In this document: piece after piece, positions 1-20,384 of the stretch
Layout: every line of letters starts with the position of its first letter
Position numbering within the stretch: position 1 is the first letter of the stretch
Origin: an uncultured Planctomycetaceae bacterium
GTDB lineage: Bacteria > Planctomycetota > Planctomycetia > Planctomycetales > Planctomycetaceae
Reading direction: 5' to 3'
Length of the DNA: 64,000 nt
Assembly: GCA_963813715.1 (NCBI GenBank)
Contig: CAWFAK010000009.1
Span: forward strand, 448,001-512,000
The notes under the pieces: generated by a model
Database searches by the model: none
Told to the model about the DNA's origin: nothing
The model's input: only the letters and a program-made list of their open reading frames with translations
Translations under genes and position numbers: made by a program

Positions 1-64
1 TCCGTTCCGGCGTTTGGCGAAAGCCGGGGGCCGGCTGGCCGAGTTTGAGCGAACGCGAACGGTT

Positions 65-140
<76 letters not shown>

Positions 141-305
141 GACGATGCCCGCATTTGCCAGGGGCATCTGACGCAGGGGCAGCCGAGGCAAGGGCTGACG
201 GCGGCACAAGCGGGCTGGCAAATGGAGCGGCCAAGGCCGAATCGCAAGGCGGCAATTCGGGGTTTGGACGCGATTTGAGATTCGAGAAACGCGAAACGAG
301 GCGTC

Positions 306-737
306 ATGGCCAAGAACGAAGCGCTCAGTAGCTTTTGGGTATCCCTGCTCTCGCCGGCGATCTACAAGCGCACGCAAGGGAAGCGGGTGCGGCAGACGAC
401 GGCCGGACTGGTGATCGTTTGGGTCGCCTACGGTTGTTACACGCTGGCGAACGGCCCGCTGCTGGACTCCAGCCGCGAAGTTCGCCTGGTTGTACCGACC
501 GTGATCGGTGTGATCCTGTCGTGGATGGCCTATCGGGCGGTCAACGTCCCGCAGTTTGCGGACTTTTTGATCGCCGTCGAAGTGGAGATGAAAAAGATCT
601 CCTGGCCGAGCATGCAGCGGTGCTTCCGGGCGAGCGCGGTGGTGATCGTGACCATGTTTTTCATGGCCGCCATGCTGTTTTTATACGACCAGGTGTGGAT
701 GCGGTTCTTCGTCTGGATCGGGGTCCTGAAGGTCTGA
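306..737 (+). CDS. secE: Preprotein translocase subunit SecE
   Basis: Motif FLIAVEVEMKKISWPS followed by a TM helix; lies between tRNA-Trp and nusG. Confidence 0.93.
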   Translation: MAKNEALSSFWVSLLSPAIYKRTQGKRVRQTTAGLVIVWVAYGCYTLANGPLLDSSREVRLVVPTVIGVILSWMAYRAVNVPQFADFLIAVEVEMKKISWPSMQRCFRASAVVIVTMFFMAAMLFLYDQVWMRFFVWIGVLKV

Positions 738-935
738 TCAGGCTGGTGCCGCGACGGTTGGCGGTCGGCTTGACGGCGTCGTCGGCGTGAATCTGACGGG
801 TTGAGGAAAGGCGTGAGGGGGCGTCGGCCGGGGTGCGGAATGCGACTTGACGGGGTCGCGGACTGCGGATTGCGGCTGACCTAAGTTTCGAGTCCCCGGG
901 TGGATGCTCTTCCGGGGGGCGGGAGGGCCTGATCC

Positions 936-964
936 TTGCAAAATTGGCGGCGCGCGCCCATGAT
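936..964 (+). promoter_or_regulatory. Possible sigma70-type promoter for nusG
   Basis: TTGCAA-17 nt-CATGAT, about 100 nt upstream of the nusG ATG. Confidence 0.35.
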
Positions 965-1066
965 GCAAGTTCCGCCATTTCACTCCTGCGGGGAGATTGT
1001 TGTCTTTTAACCGTGCCGATGACCGTGCCCCATCAACTACTTGCGGACCCGCCCAGGGAATTGGAA

Positions 1067-1645
1067 ATGGACGAAGAATCCCCGTCTGGCGATGCTCATG
1101 CCGCCGTGCAGGAGGGCATGCGCTGGTACGTGCTGAAGGTCCAGAGCAACCGCGAAAAGTCAATCCGTGACTCGCTGGTGCGGCGGCTCAAGCGCGAAGG
1201 GCTCGAGGACAAGTTCGGCGAGATCATCATTCCCACCGAAAAGGTCAAGGAAGCCAAAGGGGGCAAGACCCGGGTCACCGAGCGCAAGCTCTATCCCGGC
1301 TACATCATGGTCCAGATGATCCTCAACGACGAAACCTGGTATCTCGTGCGAGACACCAGCGGCGTCGGGGACTTCACCGGTTCGGCGGGCAAGCCGAGCC
1401 CGATGGACCAGTCGGAAATCGATCAGATGCTCGGCAAGAAAGTGAGTGCCGAGGCTGAGCCGCAGAAGATCAAGATCAACCTGGCCCGCGGCGACGCGGT
1501 GAAGATCAAGGAAGGGACGTTCGAGAGCTTCGAGGGGACGGTCGAGGCGATCGACGAAGAGCACGGCAAGATCACGGTGCTGATCGAAATCTTCGGCCGC
1601 TCGACGCCCGTGGAACTCGAATACTGGCAGGCCGAGAAAGTGTGA
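1067..1645 (+). CDS. nusG: Transcription termination/antitermination factor NusG
   Basis: NGN domain ([11 protein letters not shown]...[10 protein letters not shown]) and KOW domain ([22 protein letters not shown]...[10 protein letters not shown]). Start at ATG 1067 is my choice. Confidence 0.96.
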   Translation: MDEESPSGDAHAAVQEGMRWYVLKVQSNREKSIRDSLVRRLKREGLEDKFGEIIIPTEKVKEAKGGKTRVTERKLYPGYIMVQMILNDETWYLVRDTSGVGDFTGSAGKPSPMDQSEIDQMLGKKVSAEAEPQKIKINLARGDAVKIKEGTFESFEGTVEAIDEEHGKITVLIEIFGRSTPVELEYWQAEKV

Positions 1646-1690
1646 GTGGCTGGACCCATCGCTTTCGGGACCGATTTTCAGGGTCGCCGG

Positions 1691-1868
1691 ATGGGGATCG
1701 AGTTCCTCGCGTGGGCGACGCGGCGAGTGATAGACGGAGCATTTGAGAGTTTCGAGGGGACGGTTGAACTGATCGACGAGGAACGCGGGAAGATCACGAT
1801 CAAGATCGAGATTTTTCGTCGTGCGACTCCGGTTGAAGTGGAATTCTGGCAGGTCAAAAAAAATCTGA
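1691..1868 (+). CDS. Stand-alone NusG C-terminal (KOW) domain duplicate; small CDS or pseudogene
   Basis: [45 protein letters not shown] aligns with the NusG CTD just upstream. RVGDA appears in a shifted frame. Removing one A from the A8 run gives QVKKI-stop at TGA 1866-1868. Confidence 0.65.
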
Positions 1869-1883
1869 CCTGCGGGGCAAGTC

Positions 1884-2315
1884 ATGGCAAAGAAAAAACA
1901 AGTCACGGCGGTCGTTAAGCTGCAGGCCACCGGGGGTCAGGCGACTCCCGCGCCTCCAGTCGGTACCGCGCTCGGTCCGCACGGCGTCAATATCGGCCAG
2001 TTTGTCCAGCAGTTCAACGAGAAGACGCGGGACCTGATGGGGACGACCGTCCCTGTGATCGTCACGATCTACAGCGACCGCAGCTTCGAGTTCATCCTCA
2101 AGAGCCCGCCGGCCTCCGTGCTGCTCAAGCAGATCGCGCAGATCGCCAAGGGCTCGGCGAACCCGAAGGCGGAAAAAGTCGGCGTGGTGACGCAGAAACA
2201 ATTACAAGAAATTGCCAAGCGGAAGTTCGAGGATCTGAATTCTCCCGATCTCGACCACGCGGCCCGCATCATAGCGGGCACCGCGCGGAGCATGGGGCTC
2301 GAAGTCGTCGATTAA
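1884..2315 (+). CDS. rplK: 50S ribosomal protein L11
   Basis: [12 protein letters not shown] and [10 protein letters not shown] motifs; synteny. Confidence 0.98.
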   Translation: MAKKKQVTAVVKLQATGGQATPAPPVGTALGPHGVNIGQFVQQFNEKTRDLMGTTVPVIVTIYSDRSFEFILKSPPASVLLKQIAQIAKGSANPKAEKVGVVTQKQLQEIAKRKFEDLNSPDLDHAARIIAGTARSMGLEVVD

Positions 2316-2370
2316 CGACCGCAGGGCAAAAAGACAGAGACAAAAAAGACCGGACAGGATAGGGCGAGCG

Positions 2371-3078
2371 ATGGCCAAGCATTCCAAGCGATTCGAGTTT
2401 TTGTTCAAGAAGGTCGAGGGCATGGCTGCGGTCGACGTGGCCACGGCCGTGAAGACGCTCAAATCGCTCGAACCCAGCTTGCCGTCGAACATCAAGCCCG
2501 TGAAATTCGATCAGACCGTGCAGCTGGCCGTCCAACTGGGCATCGACCCAAAGCAGGACGACCAGGCGGTCCGCGGCTCGATCGTGCTGCCGCACGGCAT
2601 CGGCAAATCGAAGCGGGTGCTGGTCTTCGCCCAGGGCAACAACGCCGACCTGGCGAAGGCGGCCGGAGCCCAACACGTGGGGGGCAAGGACCTCGCCGAC
2701 AAAATCAAAGAAGGCTGGACCGATTTCGACGTCGCCATCGCCACGCCCGACATGATGGGCGTGGTTGGCCCGCTCGGTAAGGTGCTCGGTCCCCGCGGAC
2801 TGATGCCCTCGCCGCGTGCCGGCACCGTCACGCAGGACGTGACAACCGCCGTCCGCGAATACAAGGCGGGCAAGGTCGAATTCCGCTCGAAAGACAAGGG
2901 GGGCGGCGTCCACTGCGTTGTCGGCAAGCTGTCGTTTTCCGAGCAGCAGCTGGTCGAAAACATCGAAGCCATGCTCAAATACATCCACACGATCAAGCCG
3001 CCGTCCTCGAAGGGGATCTACATGAAGAGCATCTCCCTCTCGGCGACGATGATGCCCGGCATCAACATCGTGGCCTGA
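2371..3078 (+). CDS. rplA: 50S ribosomal protein L1
   Basis: [16 protein letters not shown] and [10 protein letters not shown] motifs. Confidence 0.98.
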   Translation: MAKHSKRFEFLFKKVEGMAAVDVATAVKTLKSLEPSLPSNIKPVKFDQTVQLAVQLGIDPKQDDQAVRGSIVLPHGIGKSKRVLVFAQGNNADLAKAAGAQHVGGKDLADKIKEGWTDFDVAIATPDMMGVVGPLGKVLGPRGLMPSPRAGTVTQDVTTAVREYKAGKVEFRSKDKGGGVHCVVGKLSFSEQQLVENIEAMLKYIHTIKPPSSKGIYMKSISLSATMMPGINIVA

Positions 3079-3191
3079 GAAAGAGTTAGGGCCTCAGAGA
3101 AGTAAGGTTTGCGGCGGCCGTAGAAATTGGCCTCGGGAAAACCGGGGCCTGACGAAATTGCGACGTCACGAGAAAACAGGCGAAGCGAGTC

Positions 3192-3728
3192 ATGAGCAGG
3201 CGCGTAAAGGAAATGCTGATCGAAGACCTCGGTGCCCGACTCAAGGGAGTCAAGGACATCGTGGTCGTCGATGCCTCCAAGCTCGACGGCGTGACGGCCA
3301 ACAAGCTCCGCCTCTCGATGCGCAAGAAAAAAATCTCCGCGCTCGCCGTGCGGAACAAGCTGGGCCGGGTGGCGCTCAAGAACGTCGGCGTGACGTCGCT
3401 CGATCCGCTCCTGGAAGGGCCTTCGACGCTGGTCTGGGGGGGCGAGGACATTGTCGCGCTCTCCAAAGAGATCGCCAAATGGGCCAAGGAGATCGAGCCC
3501 CTTCAGATCAAGGGGGGCACGACCGAAGGAGCGACGCTCAGCAAAGAAACCGTCGATGAGCTGGCCAAGAGCCCGGGTCGCAAGGAGCTCATCGGCCAGA
3601 TCGTCGCCGCCATGATGAGCCCGGGCGGCCAGCTTGCTGGAGCATTGCTGGGGCCGGGTCGCAAGCTGGCGAGTCAAATCGAGAAGATTTCCGAGAAGGA
3701 AGAAGCCGCGGCGCCCGCCGCGAGCTGA
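3192..3728 (+). CDS. rplJ: 50S ribosomal protein L10
   Basis: Size, position between rplA and rplL, and the AVRNKL / LAKSPGRKELIGQIV pattern. Confidence 0.92.
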   Translation: MSRRVKEMLIEDLGARLKGVKDIVVVDASKLDGVTANKLRLSMRKKKISALAVRNKLGRVALKNVGVTSLDPLLEGPSTLVWGGEDIVALSKEIAKWAKEIEPLQIKGGTTEGATLSKETVDELAKSPGRKELIGQIVAAMMSPGGQLAGALLGPGRKLASQIEKISEKEEAAAPAAS

Positions 3729-3887
3729 GTTGGGTCAAGCGAGCAAGCACACAAACGAGAATCCAATCGGGGCCGAATCGCGGGAAGATCCCCACTCGAT
3801 TCGGAGTGTTGAAGCCGACACAAAATGGGGTTGTGAGTCCGATCAGTCGCATCGGCGCGAGAAACGAGCGAGAAAGGGAACGAGACG

Positions 3888-4293
3888 ATGTCCACGGTGG
3901 CGGAATTCGATCAGACGACGAAAGAGCTTGGGGACAAGATTGCCGGCCTGACCCTGCTGCAGGCCAAGCAGGTCGTCTCCTATCTCAAGGATGTTCACGG
4001 TATTGAGCCGGCGGCCGGCGGCGCGATCATGATGGCACCCGGCGGCGGTGGCGGCGGTGCGGCCGCTCCGGTGGAAGAGAAGACCGAATTCGACGTGATC
4101 CTGGCCGCGGTGGGCGACAACAAGATCAACGTCATCAAGGTGGTCCGGAGCGCCGACCAGCCTCGGCCTGAAAGAAGCCAAGGATCTCGTGGAAGGCGCT
4201 CCCAAGCCGGTGAAGACCGGGTTGCCCAAGGCCGACGCCGACAAGCTCAAGGCGGAGCTCGAAGCGGCCGGAGCAAAAGTCGAGATCAAGTAA
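3888..4293 (+). CDS. rplL: 50S ribosomal protein L7/L12 (apparent +1 frameshift near 4153)
   Basis: [10 protein letters not shown]...KINVIKVVR, continuing in another frame as [16 protein letters not shown]...[12 protein letters not shown] (TAA 4291-4293). Confidence 0.95.
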
Positions 4294-4738
4294 GTTCGCA
4301 GCGAAGCAGTCGGCCGGGGGGGGTTCCCGTGGCGAGCCACGGGACCGGCCGGCGAGGCTTCATCGTTACGGCGTTCGAGACTCGTGGTGGCGCGCGCCGC
4401 AGGTGTTGTGATTTCCAGGTTCGATCTTGCGCCCGAGCGCGTCCGTCTCCGTCTTAGCGGAGACGCCACGGAGAATGTGCCCCGCGCGCATCCTCCGGCA
4501 GCCGTGTTGCGTGCTGCGCGGGTCGGATACCGCTTACCCCGTGCCCATGCCCCGCGTCGATTTCGCCCGCTTCGATTCTGCCCCGCGTCGTCCTTCACCT
4601 GTGGCAGTCGCGCGTCCGCGCCGGGTTTTGTTCGGTCCCCGGATCACGCCGTACATCGCGTCCGGCCCCGCACAGGACGCCATTTGCACACGACTGCACA
4701 ACGAGCTCGGAACCAGAGCCCAATAAAGAGAGCCCAGT

Positions 4739-8489
<3,751 letters not shown>

Positions 8490-8501
8490 AACCGACGAAT
8501 C

Positions 8502-8563
8502 CGAAGCCACGAATGACGAGGATCGAATGACCTATGCTCGAGGCAATCGTCATTCGTGCTTCG
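8502..8563. repeat. Intergenic inverted repeat with GAATGAC heptamers
   Basis: CGAAGCCACGAATGACGA (8502-8519) is nearly complementary to TCGTCATTCGTGCTTCG (8547-8563); lies between rpoB and rpoC. Confidence 0.6.
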
Positions 8564-8634
8564 TGCTTCTTTAGCATCGACTTACAAGCACCATCTCGAA
8601 CAGTCAACCACTTCCTTAACAAAGGGGTGAACCA

Positions 8635-12928
<4,294 letters not shown>

Positions 12929-12954
12929 TCGTTAACCTGTCGAAAGCAATTTAC

Positions 12955-12991
12955 GTGGGGCAGGCGTCTTTGGCGTCTGCCCCACTTTTTT
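12955..12991 (+). terminator. Rho-independent terminator after rpoC
   Basis: Stem GTGGGGCAGGCGTC/GGCGTCTGCCCAC followed by T7. Confidence 0.8.
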
Positions 12992-13087
12992 CCCGTGCCG
13001 AGGCACAATCGACGCCCCCATGACCGGAGCACGGCGCCAGTCTTGCGCGAATGAGTCCCGCCAAGTAATTCTCGCCAGGGCCCGTCG

Positions 13088-13620
13088 ATGATCCGCTGCC
13101 CGTTCTGCGATCACAAAAACCCGACGGGCGCGACGCACTGCGCCGAGTGCAAAGCCGAGTTGTTCGATCCGGACGCTGCCGCTGCCGACGTCGGTGCGGT
13201 GCCGGTGCGCCCAGTGCGGAAGCGAACTCTCTCGACGGCCGCGTGCTGGCGCTGGTCCGCGGCGGGCGCAAGATCGAGGCCATCAAGCTGTATCGGGACG
13301 TCACCGGAGCCGGACTGAAGGAGGCCAAGGACGCCGTCGAAGCCCTCGAACGTGATGGCACTGTGCCACCTAAGCGTGCGGGGGCGGCGGGGTCCGGCGT
13401 CGACAATGCGGAGATCCGAGACCTGTTGCGGGCCGGCCAGAAGATCCGAGCGATCAAGCTCTATCGAGAGCGGACAGGCACCGGCCTGGCCGATTCGAAG
13501 AACGCCGTCGAAGCGATGGCTCGCGCGGAAGGTCTGCCCGTCGGCGGGTCCGGCTGCAGCAGTGCCGTCCTGTCCCTCTTGGTGATCGCCTTCGTCCTGG
13601 GCTATCTGGCCGCTCGCTAG
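13088..13620 (+). CDS. Zinc-ribbon protein with two L7/L12 CTD-like domains and a C-terminal TM helix (frameshift near 13200)
   Basis: CPFC..CAEC N-terminus in ORF 13088. KIEAIKLYRDVTGAGLKEAKDAVE and KIRAIKLYRERTGTGLADSKNAVE in ORF 13147-13620. Hydrophobic C-terminus. Confidence 0.75.
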
Positions 13621-13710
13621 CAGAGGCACCCGCAGCCGGGCTCTCCTCAAGTGCTGGGGGCGGCGAGGACACCGACCCAGCCACTCGGACCGTCAGAGGG
13701 AGACGCACCA

Positions 13711-15114
13711 CTAGCGCTGCGCCGATTGGATGGCTGAGGGCTGTTTCGCTCCGTCCTGCCTGGCGATGTCGTAGCAGAGCAGGTCGTCCTGGTCGCGGAG
13801 GAAAAGCTGCTTGTCGACGATCACGGGATGCGGCCAACCTTCCTTGTTCTGGGTCGCCGTCGAGAAGCGGCCCTTGAGTTCGTATTTTTCGGGCGTGGCC
13901 CCGATTAACGCGACGACGCCGTTCTCGTAGCGGAAAAATAGCTTGCCGTCCGCTTCCAGGACGGCGGCCGACCCACCGCCCGGCCCGCGGCCGCCTTCCC
14001 ACTTGATCTTGCCGGTTTTCAGCTCGACGCAGACCGGGAAACCGGCGCTGTGCCCGCGGCCGCAATACAGATAATCACCGTAAAGTACGACGCCTCCGTG
14101 GTGGTTCTGCAAAACGCCGCCGTTGAGGAAGTAGACTTCCTTCGCTTCCACGCCGTCGCCCGCTTTGAAGAGCTGCAGGAGTGCCGAACCGGCGCCGTAC
14201 CCGCTCGAGCCAAAGACATAATCGTCCTTGACGATGGGCGTGGGAATGTTGGCCGTCGCGTTGGCGATACGGTCGTAGTTCCACAGGAATTTGCCGTCGG
14301 ACGCGCGAAACGAAACCAGTCCGCGGCCGGTCAGTTGCACGTATTGCTTTACGCCCGCGCCGTTGCTGACAACGATCGACGAATAGCCCCCGGCATCGTC
14401 CGCTCCATGCGAACCAGACTCTTCGGGGGCGGCGGCCGTCCAAATCGTCGCGCCCGTCTTCTTATCGAGGGCGGCCAGCATCGCGGTCTTCGAGCCGGGC
14501 GTGCACACGACCCGGTCGCCATCGATCAGCACCGACTCGCTGTAACCCCACTTCGGGGTCGTGCCGCCGAAATCGGTATTCAGCGATTTGCTCCAGAGAA
14601 TTTTCCCGTCGGCGACGTTGAGACACGTCAGACCGCCGTTGCGTGTGAGGCCATAGACGCGGTCGCCATCGACCGTCGGCGTGGAATTCGCGTCGCCCTT
14701 GCCGATCGACACGGCCCAAATTCGGTGGCCGTTCGCATAGTTGAGGGCCAAGAGCTGGCAATCGCCGCCCACGCTCCCCAACGTGAAAATCCGGCCGGCG
14801 TCGATGGCCACGCTCGAGTAACCGGCGCCCAGGCCGTTGACGTGCCATTTGATCGGCGGGCCGAGGGTGGGGAAGGTGTCGACGAGGCCCGTCTCGGTCG
14901 AGACGGCGTCGCGGTTCGGACCGCGCCAGCTGGGCCAGGACCCCGAATGGACCAGCTCGCCCGGTGCTTGAATCGAGCTATCCGCCTTCGACTCGGCGCG
15001 GGGCGGCACCGTCAGGGCTCCTGCGGAATCCCTCCCGCCGATCCAGTCGCAGCCAGCCGTGCCGAGCAAGCCGACGCAGACGACGCCAAAAAGCGATGAC
15101 TTTGTCCGGTTCAT
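13711..15114 (-). CDS. PQQ-binding-like beta-propeller (BamB-like) lipoprotein
   Basis: Lipobox-like TAGC, WPSWRGPNRD, GYSS and repeated G..W blades. Confidence 0.85.
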   Translation of the reverse strand: MNRTKSSLFGVVCVGLLGTAGCDWIGGRDSAGALTVPPRAESKADSSIQAPGELVHSGSWPSWRGPNRDAVSTETGLVDTFPTLGPPIKWHVNGLGAGYSSVAIDAGRIFTLGSVGGDCQLLALNYANGHRIWAVSIGKGDANSTPTVDGDRVYGLTRNGGLTCLNVADGKILWSKSLNTDFGGTTPKWGYSESVLIDGDRVVCTPGSKTAMLAALDKKTGATIWTAAAPEESGSHGADDAGGYSSIVVSNGAGVKQYVQLTGRGLVSFRASDGKFLWNYDRIANATANIPTPIVKDDYVFGSSGYGAGSALLQLFKAGDGVEAKEVYFLNGGVLQNHHGGVVLYGDYLYCGRGHSAGFPVCVELKTGKIKWEGGRGPGGGSAAVLEADGKLFFRYENGVVALIGATPEKYELKGRFSTATQNKEGWPHPVIVDKQLFLRDQDDLLCYDIARQDGAKQPSAIQSAQR

Positions 15115-15322
15115 GGCGGCCTCCGTAAGACTGCGGCTGCCGGCAAATCGCAAAAAATTAACAGGCCGGCCTTCCCATTCGACCATTTGCCCGTCGGCGA
15201 TGCTACCCCAGTCGGGCCAATCCGCAGAGCCGGAGCCCGGGCCGCGCGCCAGGTGGGTCGTTCGTGGTCGGGGAATGCGAATTTGTGGCAGAATCCACGA
15301 GAAATCCTCGCGAGCGGCTCCC

Positions 15323-15351
15323 TTGACGCCCTTGGCAGCCACCGATAGATT
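15323..15351 (+). promoter_or_regulatory. Sigma70-type promoter of the str operon
   Basis: TTGACG-17 nt-TAGATT, 65 nt upstream of rpsL. Confidence 0.6.
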
Positions 15352-15416
15352 TCAAGGTCCCCGTCCCGGAGCGGTCTCTCTCTGGGTGTTCCGTATTGTC
15401 CGGGAAGAGCCAGCGA

Positions 15417-15788
15417 ATGCCAACGATCAATCAGCTCATCCGCAAGCCCCGCCGGGTCCAGCACTCGAAGACCAAAACTCCTGTGCTGGAAGGCTGTCCG
15501 CAAAAGCGCGGCGTCTGTTTGCTGGTCAAAACGGTGACTCCCAAGAAGCCGAACTCGGCCCTTCGAAAAGTGGCCCGTGTCCGGCTCTCCAACGGCAAAG
15601 AAGTCACGGCGTATATCCCGGGCGAAGGACACAACCTGCAGGAACACTCGATCGTGCTGGTCCGCGGCGGCCGTGTCCGCGACCTGCCCGGTATTCGCTA
15701 CAAGATCGTTCGCGGCGTGCTCGACACCCTGGGCGTCAGCGATCGTAAACAGGCCCGCAGCCGCTACGGAGCCAAGAAGCCTAAATAG
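15417..15788 (+). CDS. rpsL: 30S ribosomal protein S12
   Basis: [18 protein letters not shown] and [10 protein letters not shown] motifs. Confidence 0.99.
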   Translation: MPTINQLIRKPRRVQHSKTKTPVLEGCPQKRGVCLLVKTVTPKKPNSALRKVARVRLSNGKEVTAYIPGEGHNLQEHSIVLVRGGRVRDLPGIRYKIVRGVLDTLGVSDRKQARSRYGAKKPK

Positions 15789-15951
15789 CGAGGCCCATTC
15801 GCCGCTCCCAAGCGCGACTCAAGCCGCGACACGCCGACAAACGCGAGCGGCAACCTCCTCCGGAACGGCCGGCGGGCGAAGTGGCAAGACGGGTGCCCGC
15901 GGATTGCCAAGCCGACAAACGAACTTTTCAGCAAACATTTGAAGCAGAACC

Positions 15952-16418
15952 ATGGCCGATAAATTCACCGCCAGCAAGAGCCAGCTTAAGGCCGACCACC
16001 GCACGAACTCGGTGCTGGCGTCGAAGTTCATCAACTGCCTGATGCACGACGGAAAGAAGAGCGTTGCGATCGGCCTGTTCTACGGGGCCATGGACATCAT
16101 CGTCAAAAAGATGCCCAACGAGGACCCCGTCCGCGTCTTCACCGAAGCGGTGGAGAATGTGCGGCCTTCGATCGAAGTCCGCTCGAAGCGCGTCGGCGGT
16201 GCCACTTACCAGGTGCCCACGCCGGTCAACTCGCGACGACAGCAGACACTCGCCATCCGCTGGCTCATCGAGGCCGTCCGCGAAAAGAAGGGACGCCCGG
16301 CGCACGTCAGCCTCGCTGATGAGTTGATGGCCGCTTTCCGCCGTGAAGGCACCGCCATGACCAAGCGCGAAAACGTCCACCGCATGGCGGACGCGAATAA
16401 GGCGTTCGCCCACTTCGC

Positions 16419-16425
<7 letters not shown>
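15952..16425 (+). CDS. rpsG: 30S ribosomal protein S7
   Basis: [10 protein letters not shown] and [13 protein letters not shown] motifs. Confidence 0.98.
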
Positions 16426-18525
<2,100 letters not shown>

Positions 18526-18806
18526 ATCGGTCGTTTCAAACGGCTAAGACCGCTTCCTGGTCGAACCTTGACCGCGGGCCCAGGTGTCATTTTCCACCCC
18601 TGTGGGCGAAAAACGGCAGCAGCGACGCCATTCTCTCGGGCTGGGGCTCGTGTTACAATTTTTGATGGTTGGCTGGGCCTAGCGTGTTGGGGTGCGCGAG
18701 GAAGCTGCGTCACTCGACTACGATTCTACTGCTGGCCAGTCTTGTCCCCGCGTCAATCCTAACGTTGCTTCGATGCTCGAGCGGCATCCGTCCGTTGTTC
18801 GCGCCT

Positions 18807-20363
<1,557 letters not shown>

Positions 20364-20384
20364 GCGTCAGCCGACGGCCGCCGC

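Noticed and set aside
3079..3191. L10 leader autoregulatory RNA upstream of rplJ
   Set aside because: The position fits, but I could not recognise the consensus; an Infernal search would be needed.
4294..4738. 445-nt rplL-rpoB spacer as ncRNA or small gene
   Set aside because: No recognisable RNA motif, terminator or credible ORF was found.
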